Numbered from the stretch's first letter, positions 8,605-17,974 are shown. The stretch: DNA of 43,480 nt from Promethearchaeota archaeon (GCA_019894975.1 JAGXNO010000033.1:1-43480); one strand, 5' to 3'. Notes: generated from the sequence alone by a model not told the origin. Made by a program: numbers and translations.

Positions 8605-9480
8605 ATGGTTTTAACAATTATGGAAAATATCAGAAAAATTAGAGTTTCACTTAAAAGTAGAGCTACTTTTGAGGGTGCTGGTGTTCGATTAAAACGAGCA
8701 TTTGGATATGCTGATCCCTCTCTTGATCCTTTTCTCCTCCTTGATGACTTTCACTCAGATGATCCAAATGATTATATTAAGGGATTTCCATGGCATCCTC
8801 ATCGTGGTATAGAAACTATTACATATATGTTACACGGTAATGTTGAACATGGTGATAGTTTGGGGAATGGAGGTGTAATTCATGCGGGTGATGTGCAGTG
8901 GATGACAGCAGGTTCTGGAATAATACATCAAGAAATGCCTAAGAAAGATCAAAATGATACATTACTCTGGGGATTCCAATTGTGGGCGAATTTACCCGCT
9001 TCACACAAAATGATGGAACCTAGGTATCGAGATCTAAAAAATGATGAAATCCCTGAAGTATCTTTAAATGATGATAGTGTAAAAGTTAAAATAATTTGTG
9101 GTGAAATAAAGGGAACTATGGGACCAGTACAAGATATCATTACTGAACCAGAATATTTAGATGTTACTATTAGCCCAAATTCAGAATTTATACATCATAT
9201 AAAAGATGGACATAATGCTTTCGCTTATACAATAGAAGGAGAAGGATTCTTTGATGATACAAAGACAGAATTAATCCGAAAAGAAACACTTGTAATATTC
9301 AGAGAAGGAGATGCAGTTAAAATAAGTACAGAAAATGATGAAGTAAGATTCTTATTAGTATCTGGAAAGCCATTAAAAGAACCCGTGGCTTGGCGTGGAC
9401 CAATTGTGATGAATACCGAAGAAGAACTAAGTATTGCTTTTAACGAATATCAGAATGGTACTTTTATTAAGCATGGATAA
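8605..9480 (+). CDS. Pirin family protein
   Basis: DPFLLLDDF, GFPWHPHRGIETITY, WMTAGSGIIHQE, FQLWANLP, GPIVMNT. Confidence 0.95.
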   Translation: MVLTIMENIRKIRVSLKSRATFEGAGVRLKRAFGYADPSLDPFLLLDDFHSDDPNDYIKGFPWHPHRGIETITYMLHGNVEHGDSLGNGGVIHAGDVQWMTAGSGIIHQEMPKKDQNDTLLWGFQLWANLPASHKMMEPRYRDLKNDEIPEVSLNDDSVKVKIICGEIKGTMGPVQDIITEPEYLDVTISPNSEFIHHIKDGHNAFAYTIEGEGFFDDTKTELIRKETLVIFREGDAVKISTENDEVRFLLVSGKPLKEPVAWRGPIVMNTEEELSIAFNEYQNGTFIKHG

Positions 9481-9580
9481 TAACTAACGTAACCCTCAAA
9501 TGGGGTAGAATTTTCTATTTGTATAATTTTAAATGATTAAACTATTATCACATATTCATAATTAATACGGTGAATATATT

Positions 9581-9850
9581 ATGGAAGATGAAATCCCTTC
9601 AGAATTAAAAGAAAAAATATATGAAAATGTTGACAAAGTTTTCGAAAAATGGCTTGAAAAAACTTCAAAAGGCGAATCAATAGAAGGTATAGTTAAAGCA
9701 CTTATGGTCGAGAAAGTTATGAACATTTTGGGTGCTCTAATTAAAAGAACAATTGTTAAAAAGGTAGCTAAAAAAGTTGTTAAAAGAAGAGTTGATAAAT
9801 TCTGGGAAAACAATAAAGATATGATTCTTGAGAAAATCAAGGCTCTGTGA
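9581..9850 (+). CDS. Small helical hypothetical protein with a Lys-rich segment
   Basis: 89-aa ORF, GGTGA SD 7 nt before ATG, codon usage similar to its neighbours. Confidence 0.7.
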   Translation: MEDEIPSELKEKIYENVDKVFEKWLEKTSKGESIEGIVKALMVEKVMNILGALIKRTIVKKVAKKVVKRRVDKFWENNKDMILEKIKAL

Positions 9851-9930
9851 AACTTCTCTATTTTTTAGAAAATTTATTTTTTGATCATGATTTTATTTTA
9901 ATAAAATCAAGTATATTGTGGTGATACTAA

Positions 9931-10794
9931 ATCTCAAGAAATGATTTTAAGATTTTTGATGCTCATCTTCACACTTATGGTGTTTTTCTTAACCCTTATG
10001 AAGATGTAATAAGCTATATGGATCACTACAATGTTGAAAAAGCTATTATTACAACTATCAATAGAACTAAATACCACGAAAAGCAAAGAGAGATATCTAC
10101 TACGATTAATGAAAAAGATCAAGCCACCAAATTTATGGCTGATTTTAAAAAATTAGTGAGTAATCATCAACTAGATCATACCGATGTAAAAGATATTGCT
10201 AATAAAGCTCCTGATCGTTTCTATAAGTTTTTTTGGTTTAATCCCAAAATGGATCCAGATACAGAAGAAGATGATTATAAGATTTTAGAGAATCACTTTA
10301 AAGAAGGATTTTGTGGTGTTAAAATTCATTCGGGTTTTCATGCTATAGAAGTTCCTAAAGATATCCAAAAGTTAATTTCATTCATGCAAAATTATGATAA
10401 AAACATAATATTCTATATTCACTCTCTCCCTAAAACTTCTTTCTTTGGAGGGGTGACCACACGAGATATCGCTAAATTGGCAGAACAATATCCTGATTTA
10501 AGAATCATAGTAGGGCATGCGGCAAATACAATGTCATATGCTGTTGATGTGGGAATGACCCTGAGAAGTTATGATAATATATATTTTGAAACATCTTGTT
10601 CCGTTTCTTTTGGTATTTATAATCTAATTAAAACTATAGGTCATAAAAAAATTTTGTTTGGCTCAGATTCACCAACAGCTTCCACATTACAAATAGAAAT
10701 TGATAAAATTCTCTCTCTGCCTAGAATCTCCCATGAAATAAAACAAGATATTTTTTATAATAATGTGGATAATCTTCTGAAAGTGAGAACTTAG
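9931..10794 (+). CDS. Amidohydrolase family (TIM-barrel metal-dependent hydrolase), probable ATC start
   Basis: Metal motif IFDAHLH lies in frame upstream of the first ATG (10018); also GVKIHS, IYIHS-like, IVGHA, NIYFETS, KILFGSDSP. Confidence 0.85.
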   Translation: MSRNDFKIFDAHLHTYGVFLNPYEDVISYMDHYNVEKAIITTINRTKYHEKQREISTTINEKDQATKFMADFKKLVSNHQLDHTDVKDIANKAPDRFYKFFWFNPKMDPDTEEDDYKILENHFKEGFCGVKIHSGFHAIEVPKDIQKLISFMQNYDKNIIFYIHSLPKTSFFGGVTTRDIAKLAEQYPDLRIIVGHAANTMSYAVDVGMTLRSYDNIYFETSCSVSFGIYNLIKTIGHKKILFGSDSPTASTLQIEIDKILSLPRISHEIKQDIFYNNVDNLLKVRT

Positions 10795-11063
10795 AGCTTT
10801 CTTATAATTGTATTAATATAACCTCATAATTTTCAGAACTTTGTCGATTAGTTACAATCTGTTAACCTATTCATAAAAAATCCTTTTATACGTTACGCTT
10901 ACGTTGAGATAATGTTAACCATTTAATTTTTTATCAACTTATTATTAAATATTGAGTAATTAACTTGTATCCAATCTTTTATTTCTATTTTAATAATAAA
11001 TCAATTAAAAGAGAAATCCTATTTATTTTTAATTAGTAAGAAAAAAATTTATAGGATGATTAG

Positions 11064-11633
11064 GTGAGTTATTTAAGGGATAATAAAGTCTGGGAAGAAG
11101 AAGAGGATCTGAACTGGGATGTTATAGAAATTTCGAAAGTAGACGACAAAATTATAGGCTATTTACTTGATAACTTAAAATTGGATAAAATCGATTTATC
11201 TGAAAATTTTTTCATAGCATTTGAAAGTTTGTTAAAGATCGGTAAGAAAGCTCGACATGTACTAAATTCTTATATTAAAGAAACAGATGAAATTCATACC
11301 TTCAAAGTAGATATTTTTAATTTTATGTTAGATTTTATTAATGACAAGGAGGTTGAATATCTTCTGGTACCACAGTTATTTGCACCCGATTTTATTATTA
11401 GAGCCAGAACCATTTTCAAAATTGAACAAGCTGGAGACAAAAAATATTTAAAATTTATTTTACCGTTACTAAACGATCCTGATGATTCGGTTCGATGGGC
11501 TGTTTTGAAATTTCTAGATACTTTTAAAATGGGTAAAAATCCATTGGTTTGCAAAGAACTCAAATGTTTTATAGAAAATGAGTCAAATCCAGTAATAAGA
11601 GAAAAAAGTAAAGAAATCTTTAAAAACTCATAA
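11064..11633 (+). CDS. HEAT-repeat protein
   Basis: APDFIIRART, LLNDPDDSVRWAVLKFL, ESNPVIREKS repeats. Confidence 0.75.
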   Translation: MSYLRDNKVWEEEEDLNWDVIEISKVDDKIIGYLLDNLKLDKIDLSENFFIAFESLLKIGKKARHVLNSYIKETDEIHTFKVDIFNFMLDFINDKEVEYLLVPQLFAPDFIIRARTIFKIEQAGDKKYLKFILPLLNDPDDSVRWAVLKFLDTFKMGKNPLVCKELKCFIENESNPVIREKSKEIFKNS

Positions 11634-11670
11634 TTTTCTTTGAACCCTAGTTAATTTGAATGACTTTTAA

Positions 11671-12705
11671 TTATTGTAATGAGTTAATGAATTTTGTTAC
11701 ATAATTTTTGAGAATTGGTGTCAAGTCTTTCTTCCACGCAAGCCCGTCTAATTTTTTTACTTTATTAATTCTAGTGAAACTTGTAATAGTATTCGAAATT
11801 GATCTTCTAATCGTATCCAGCGTGTCAGGATTTTTATATTTATCCGACAAGGAAGAGTCTAAATCTTCTGCCAAATTTTGGATTAACATATCTTTAAAAA
11901 CATCAATATGATAAAGTGTACCAAATTTAAAATAAGATGATAAGAATTGAGATACCGCACTTTCAATTTCTTTATGAGATATCTTTATCTTTCGAACACA
12001 AAATGTTTTAATCATTCTTTCTAATAATAATCCATAAAACTTATCTTCAGGTTTAGTTTGAACTACTTTTACTTGTTTAAATTTAAGTTGATTTTTCATT
12101 TTTTCTTCGTTTCTTGCAAATAAAACATTCTCATAATCTTTTACAATAATAATTGATAATCCCGACCGTAATACTATTATACTCGTATTAATCTTATCTA
12201 ATCCTTGAAAATAGCTTGGAACCTTATCAATATGCCTATCTAAAATATCTTTTATATTTAAGTTCTTTGAATCATAAGGACTGAAGAAAATTTCATACAA
12301 AGCACTAAAATTGAATTCTCGGGTATCATTCTTAAGTAATTTTCTTATATATTTATCATATTCTAAGAAGAATTTAACAATACAATCATCAACAGCTAAA
12401 CTTAAATTATTATATGGATATTGAGCTCTACCAAGATATTTTCTATATTCCAAACGGATTTTTTGGGCTCTTATCCATTCAAACGCCAAATCTAAAAGAT
12501 CTTTTTCCTCTTCAATTTTATCTCTAAAATAAAGTAAAGTGTTATATACATCTTTATAATCAGATCCTATTGATTGATTAACTAGAAACCTTGCAACAAG
12601 CTGAATTTGACTTAAATTTTTAAATCGACTTTCTAGTCTATCATAGTATCTTAAAATCTTATCTTTTTCAATGTTATATATCCCTTCAAAATCTAAATGT
12701 TCCAT
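11671..12705 (-). CDS. Hypothetical, predominantly alpha-helical protein
   Basis: 344-aa ORF starting 8 nt downstream of the 12714 gene stop; no recognised motif. Confidence 0.7.
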   Translation of the reverse strand: MEHLDFEGIYNIEKDKILRYYDRLESRFKNLSQIQLVARFLVNQSIGSDYKDVYNTLLYFRDKIEEEKDLLDLAFEWIRAQKIRLEYRKYLGRAQYPYNNLSLAVDDCIVKFFLEYDKYIRKLLKNDTREFNFSALYEIFFSPYDSKNLNIKDILDRHIDKVPSYFQGLDKINTSIIVLRSGLSIIIVKDYENVLFARNEEKMKNQLKFKQVKVVQTKPEDKFYGLLLERMIKTFCVRKIKISHKEIESAVSQFLSSYFKFGTLYHIDVFKDMLIQNLAEDLDSSLSDKYKNPDTLDTIRRSISNTITSFTRINKVKKLDGLAWKKDLTPILKNYVTKFINSLQ

Positions 12706-12713
12706 TATATTCT

Positions 12714-13760
12714 TTAAACCTCTAATTCATTATCAAGAATTTCACCAATTTTATTAAGTTCCTCGTCTGAAATTGCACCCCATCTCTCATCTTTAAAATG
12801 TTGATTTATAGTTACAAGGTATTCTTTCAGATCTTTTTTGCTCTCTAACATTAACCTAAGTTTTTTTTTAAAATAAGAAAGGTTTTTATTTTCTCCTGTA
12901 AGTTCCTGCTGGTGAACTAAAATAGCACCAAAACTTGTTTTTATATCATTTTTCATAATAGATTCTTCTAAATAGACAATTTTTTTGTCTTTATAACTGA
13001 GTTTGATTGAACGTATACTTGGATACACTCCTTTTTTGCCAAATAACTCTAGGGTTTCAATTATCAAATGTTCATAATAATCTGGTAGAATTGACATTAC
13101 ATAATAGGAAGGAATAAATTTTAAATATCTAAATCTAATTGGGTCATCTTTATCGAACGTGTAAAGGTTAGAAACTCTTAAATCTATGGCATTCTTCCTT
13201 TCAATTAACCCCACGCAATAATACCTTTGCTCTTCTTCCCAATACATCTTTCTAGATGCTCCAAGAGAGTATTCTATTAGATTTATCCCTCTGAATAATT
13301 CTGATTCTATAAACCGGGAAAAGTTAAATCGACTTCCTAACAAATTCTCATTTACAATTTTACCTTGAACTATACTAGGATGAATATAATTCGAAATTTC
13401 ATCATTGATTAGTTTTATATCCTCCGTAAAAGGAGTACTTATAAGAGCAAAAAGATTTGTCATACCTTCAGAATTATCTATTGAGGAGTTGAGAGTAAAA
13501 AATGATTGAATTACATTTGCCTTAATCCCATTACCTTTTGAGTTTAATAAAGATAAAGATGCTTCGATAGATTCAATTTTCCAATTATTTCCAATCCCAC
13601 TAGCAGCAGTTAAAAAGACTGGTCCCAAAAATTTAAATGAAAGCATTTTCAGTTCATTTCTTTTCTCTTCACTAAAATTATCTGAAAATTTAATTCTATC
13701 ATACACTAAATTACTCTCATCAGCGTAGAATAGACCTAATATTAGTTCTTCATCATTCAT
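12714..13760 (-). CDS. Hypothetical protein; possible tandem longin/uDENN-like domains
   Basis: 348-aa ORF; by-eye pattern beta-beta-alpha-beta-beta-beta-alpha occurs twice. The fold call is inference. Confidence 0.55.
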   Translation of the reverse strand: MNDEELILGLFYADESNLVYDRIKFSDNFSEEKRNELKMLSFKFLGPVFLTAASGIGNNWKIESIEASLSLLNSKGNGIKANVIQSFFTLNSSIDNSEGMTNLFALISTPFTEDIKLINDEISNYIHPSIVQGKIVNENLLGSRFNFSRFIESELFRGINLIEYSLGASRKMYWEEEQRYYCVGLIERKNAIDLRVSNLYTFDKDDPIRFRYLKFIPSYYVMSILPDYYEHLIIETLELFGKKGVYPSIRSIKLSYKDKKIVYLEESIMKNDIKTSFGAILVHQQELTGENKNLSYFKKKLRLMLESKKDLKEYLVTINQHFKDERWGAISDEELNKIGEILDNELEV

Positions 13761-14140
13761 TTAAATTATGCTCTTAGATCTGGTTTTTTGCTACTCCCAT
13801 TAAAAGATAAAACTTAATGTTTTAAGGTTACGTTTTTTAGAAAATCTACCTCTTACTGATACGTACAAAAAGATATAATTTGTAAAAACAGCTTTAAGAA
13901 TGGGCTTTTGAAAAGGAAGTCATCAATACTCTGAATTCTCAATTTTTGTGGTAAAACTCAAAATCTAAATGCTTTCGAAAGGAAAAAGTTTGTACTAATG
14001 ATTTATACAAAAATTTTTCAGACTATATTTATAAGAATTTATTGCCATTAAAATTATAACGATCAAGCGGTATAATAATATAAAAATATATTAGATCGAA
14101 ATATTATTAATATATCTAATTATAATTAGGATTTATAAAA

Positions 14141-14671
14141 ATGTCTCATTACGATTACACATTTAAGATTCTGCTTTTAGGAGATGCATCCGTTGGGAAA
14201 ACATCGTTCACTAAACGCTACTGTTATAATATATTTAACCCAAGTGAAAGATTAACTATCGGTGTTGACTTTCATGTTAAAACAATTGAACTGAATAATA
14301 CAAAAATAAAGCTTCAGATATGGGATGTCGGTGGAGAAGAACGGTTCAGATTCCTTTTACCAACTTATTGCTTAGGTTCTAATGCAGCATTTCTACTATA
14401 TGATATAACGAGACCTTCTACACTAGATAATATTTCAGAATGGATGACAATCGTTAGACAAAAGGGAGGACCTATACCCATAATGCTTGTAGGCTCTAAA
14501 GCTGATCTTTCGGAGATTTCTCGAGAAGTTCCGAGAGAATATGGCATTCAAATCGCTGAAAAAAATAATATGGCTAGTTTTGTTGAAATTTCAGCAAAAG
14601 AAAACGTAAATGTTGATGAAGCTTTTAAAGTTCTTACTGATCTTACATTAGAAAAGACAAATGACAGGTGA
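14141..14671 (+). CDS. Rab-like small GTPase (Ras superfamily)
   Basis: G1 GDASVGKT, G2/RabF1 TIGVDF, RabF2 KLQIW, G3 DVGG, RabF5 LLYDIT, G4 SKAD, G5 EISAK; no C-terminal prenylation tail. Confidence 0.95.
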   Translation: MSHYDYTFKILLLGDASVGKTSFTKRYCYNIFNPSERLTIGVDFHVKTIELNNTKIKLQIWDVGGEERFRFLLPTYCLGSNAAFLLYDITRPSTLDNISEWMTIVRQKGGPIPIMLVGSKADLSEISREVPREYGIQIAEKNNMASFVEISAKENVNVDEAFKVLTDLTLEKTNDR

Positions 14672-14675
14672 TGTA

Positions 14676-15638
14676 ATGGAAGATAGCAAATATTTATCTC
14701 TCAGCCAACTATTTGATTCAATTGGAGTTATTGAAAAAGGTATAGAAAGAATATACCATTATCTTCTAATTAATAAAAGAATTGATGATTTAAAGGACGT
14801 GTGTAATCAATTTAGTCTTTCTTTAAAGAGAGGTTATAAAATTTGTTCCGTACTCAGTGAATTGGAGCTTGTTCAGATATATGACAGACCGATGAAAATT
14901 CATCTTGCGAATCCTATCTTAGGATTATGGCAAAATCTAGTTAATAAAAGAATAGAGAATCTCCAAAATGAATTTGATGAGAAAAGAGATAAATGCGAGA
15001 CTTCACTTGCGAGATTCATAAAACATTTCAATTTAGAAGAGGAAGTTGCTCAAGAACCTGTTGAATTTATTAACTACGATATAAGTAATTTTGATGAGAG
15101 CTACTATTCATTTTTGGCAGAGAAGGAATGTAAGATCGCAATAGGTATTAGATATCACAATCCTTTAATCGATCTGATTCAAAAATACGGTTTTAATCGC
15201 CTTCCCGAAGATATATCTAAATCTATGGGAGTTGGAATGAATATAATAAAAGGAAACCTAAAAAATATTAATGTCCAAGTTATCTTTCATTCCGAGGTAG
15301 TAAAAGACCTTGTTAGTAGCGAAGAATTTAAACTTCTTACAAAACATGTTGCTCCTATGAATATGGAATTTAAGGATCTTAAAATTCATGTAACCGAAGA
15401 AAATTTTAGTAATTTCAGCCTCACCGATGGTGAACTAATTCAACCAAGTTTTGATCCTACTAACATCTTAATTGGGGCATATATCTCTCGAAATAGGAAT
15501 ATTTATCAAATATTCGAAAAGAAATTTGATGAGATATTTAAAACTGGAGTAACTATTGAAGACTTTTTACAAAAGGAAAAAAGTTTGAATATTGATTCGA
15601 TTACAGAAACGCAATCTTTTGTTTTATGCGTTTTATGA
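14676..15638 (+). CDS. TrmB-like transcriptional regulator (wHTH + coiled coil + effector domain)
   Basis: N-terminal 'IERIYHYLL...DVCNQFSLSLKRGYKICSVLSELELVQ...RPMKIHLANP', then a coiled coil and C-terminal 'SRNRNIYQIFEKKFDEIF'. ATG14676 follows a GGTGA that overlaps the GTPase stop. Confidence 0.65.
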   Translation: MEDSKYLSLSQLFDSIGVIEKGIERIYHYLLINKRIDDLKDVCNQFSLSLKRGYKICSVLSELELVQIYDRPMKIHLANPILGLWQNLVNKRIENLQNEFDEKRDKCETSLARFIKHFNLEEEVAQEPVEFINYDISNFDESYYSFLAEKECKIAIGIRYHNPLIDLIQKYGFNRLPEDISKSMGVGMNIIKGNLKNINVQVIFHSEVVKDLVSSEEFKLLTKHVAPMNMEFKDLKIHVTEENFSNFSLTDGELIQPSFDPTNILIGAYISRNRNIYQIFEKKFDEIFKTGVTIEDFLQKEKSLNIDSITETQSFVLCVL

Positions 15639-15641
15639 TTT

Positions 15642-17204
15642 TTAACCTTTTTGTTCTCTCTTTTGTTTTGCAATTAAAGCTTTTCCGAACTTTTCAAGCA
15701 TCGCACGAGGTGTTACTGGGTAATCTTCTTGTCTTTCAAATCTTTTCAAATTTTTCTTAATACCAAATAAATACTTGGAGATATCTTTAAGCTTCTCAAG
15801 TGGATATCTTCCCATCATTGCAATTGTCTCCATCTGTGGTGACCCTCCTCCGTGCAATCCCGCGACTTGAAGAAGGCCTGCAATATCAGAACATCCAATA
15901 CACTCAATTCCTTTAAAACATTTTAGAACATTTTCCGGGGTTATCCTTGGATTTCTCTGCATATATTTCATTGCTAATGGTCCAACTTCTTTGTTATAAA
16001 ATGTATCTAGATAAGGTAGAGTTGCCATTAGTCCTCCTGCTAAATCAGCTAAAATCTTGTATTCTTCATATATTCGTTCCCCTGCAAGTTTACGACCCGC
16101 ATTTGTAAGAATCTCATCTGGAACTTGCGTACCAGAAGGAGCTCTTTCAGAATGAAGTGCACTTGATTCACCCGCAGCAAAAACCAATTCTGCTGTTCCT
16201 AAGATATGTGAAAGCTTATCTCTTACATGAGAGGTGTTATGAATTCCATTGTACTCGGCAACTAAAGCGGCCGCACTAGCCAAAACTTCTGACATTGCTG
16301 CCTTACATCCTGAATAAGAATGACGATGATAATGTGCAAACATTAAGGCTAAAAATCCCGCATAAGGTGTTTGTTTATGATCTGCATGACCATTCAAAAA
16401 AATTCGCTCGTTAGGGATGAAGACATCATCAAATATTATAAATGTCTCACAGTCTCCGAGAGCTAGGGCTGCTGATTTCATATTCTCTGGTACATTTTTA
16501 GGTTGATGAAAATATGCAGGTCTTACTAATAATTTCACTCCCTCCCAGTCAGCTGGAATTGCGAAGGCAACGGCATAATCATGATCATCTGGCATCATCA
16601 TTCGACAAGGAACCGCTATTATCTCATGTACATAAGGTGTATTGGTGATACAACATTTTGCACCCCGAACGATAATTCCATCATCTCTCGTTTCAACAAC
16701 TCGTAAATAAGCATCTGGATTTTCCTGTTGAGATGGACGTTTTAAGCGATCCCCTTTAACATCAGTCGAGGCACAAGAACCGGCTAAATCATTCTCTTGG
16801 AAATGTTTTAAGAATTTTTTAAAGTTTTCATAATATTTTGTCCCCAATGATTGATCACATTCATAAGTAATAACAGAAAGAGCATTAAGCGCATCTATTC
16901 CCATACATCTTTGAATGCATCCTGAAACTCTATGGCATAACACTCGTGTCATTCTTTGTTTTTTAAATAAATCTTCTTTATTCTGATGGATATGACAAAA
17001 TCGATTTATCTTTTCTCCAGTTAAATGAGATGTTGCCGTACATAAATCTTCAAATTTCTTATCGTGAGCAAGTTCGTATGTCTCGCGTAGAATATTAATC
17101 CCACCACGTATGCGAGGATCATCACGACCAACTACTTCATCACCTATCCAAATATTCTTTTTCATTGAATAAAGTGACTCAAGGTATTCTTCAAATGTTT
17201 TCAT
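15642..17204 (-). CDS. abfD: 4-hydroxybutyryl-CoA dehydratase-like protein (HpaB/AbfD family)
   Basis: [4Fe-4S] ligand motifs CIQRC and HRHSYSGC, TDVKGDR, DGIIVRGAK, LHGGGSP. Confidence 0.82.
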   Translation of the reverse strand: MKTFEEYLESLYSMKKNIWIGDEVVGRDDPRIRGGINILRETYELAHDKKFEDLCTATSHLTGEKINRFCHIHQNKEDLFKKQRMTRVLCHRVSGCIQRCMGIDALNALSVITYECDQSLGTKYYENFKKFLKHFQENDLAGSCASTDVKGDRLKRPSQQENPDAYLRVVETRDDGIIVRGAKCCITNTPYVHEIIAVPCRMMMPDDHDYAVAFAIPADWEGVKLLVRPAYFHQPKNVPENMKSAALALGDCETFIIFDDVFIPNERIFLNGHADHKQTPYAGFLALMFAHYHRHSYSGCKAAMSEVLASAAALVAEYNGIHNTSHVRDKLSHILGTAELVFAAGESSALHSERAPSGTQVPDEILTNAGRKLAGERIYEEYKILADLAGGLMATLPYLDTFYNKEVGPLAMKYMQRNPRITPENVLKCFKGIECIGCSDIAGLLQVAGLHGGGSPQMETIAMMGRYPLEKLKDISKYLFGIKKNLKRFERQEDYPVTPRAMLEKFGKALIAKQKREQKG

Positions 17205-17281
17205 AATTAGTAATAATGACTTACTTTAAAAAAAAGTATTTGACAGACTTTCAAGAATGAAAATTTATTTGTGAAAAGATG

Positions 17282-17737
17282 TTAAGAAAAAATCTCATTT
17301 ATAATAAACCCAAGAGAAGAAGGCTTATTTACTTCCAACACTTCATTTGTTAACACAGACTTTTCTAAAGCTTTCCAAATTTCTGGATCACTTTTAATCG
17401 CATCTGAAAATTGAGTAAGCTTTTGTTGGGCAGGATAAGATTGACCTTTAATAACGTAACATAGTAGGAACGTCTTAATGGGTTTCATGAGAATTACGTT
17501 CTCATCTATTTTAATACGATCAATAGATTTTGAAAAGATTTCTCCACTAAATGTATTGAACGCTGACATAAAAGAGCTAAACAGGTCATCAAAATCCCAC
17601 TTCTCACTAAATGAATCACTTGGAGTAAGTGTTTCCTTCTTTTCAATTTCATTGACTACTTTAAGTGCTTCATGTAACTTCCCTTCACGCCTTAGCTTTT
17701 CAGCATATCTTAAGTCTTTTGGAGTGGAATCAGGCAT
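17282..17737 (-). CDS. Short TPR-like start joined to a partial longin-like domain; probable internally deleted remnant
   Basis: MPDSTPKDLRYAEKLRREGKLHEALKVV...LTPSD joined directly to SFSEKWDFDDLFSSFMSAFNTFSGEIF...LCYVIKGQSYPAQQKL; ATG17737 behind GGGTGA. Confidence 0.55.
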   Translation of the reverse strand: MPDSTPKDLRYAEKLRREGKLHEALKVVNEIEKKETLTPSDSFSEKWDFDDLFSSFMSAFNTFSGEIFSKSIDRIKIDENVILMKPIKTFLLCYVIKGQSYPAQQKLTQFSDAIKSDPEIWKALEKSVLTNEVLEVNKPSSLGFIINEIFS

Positions 17738-17974
17738 TTTTATTGGTTCACCCATTTCAGATTATAAAAAAAGAAGCTTGTTTTCCTTTTAAGCTTTTAT
17801 TTCTCTAGGATTTTAATATACAAACAATATAACTGTATCTTAATTCATATATCAAGAATTAACTATTTTTACTAATTTTCATTAAAAAACATAATTGTTT
17901 GGAAAAAAGTTGATTAACAAAACCAATTAACTGATTTTGCTTTATTAAGCTTTTTAATATAAATTAGTAGAGAT

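Noticed and set aside
14141-14671. Eukaryotic contamination as the source of the Rab-like gene
   Set aside because: The gene is intron-less, has no prenylation tail, matches its neighbours in composition and is coupled by an SD to an archaeal-type regulator.
15642-17204. Call as 4-hydroxyphenylacetate 3-monooxygenase (HpaB)
   Set aside because: The CxxxC and Hx6C Fe-S ligands of the dehydratase branch are present.
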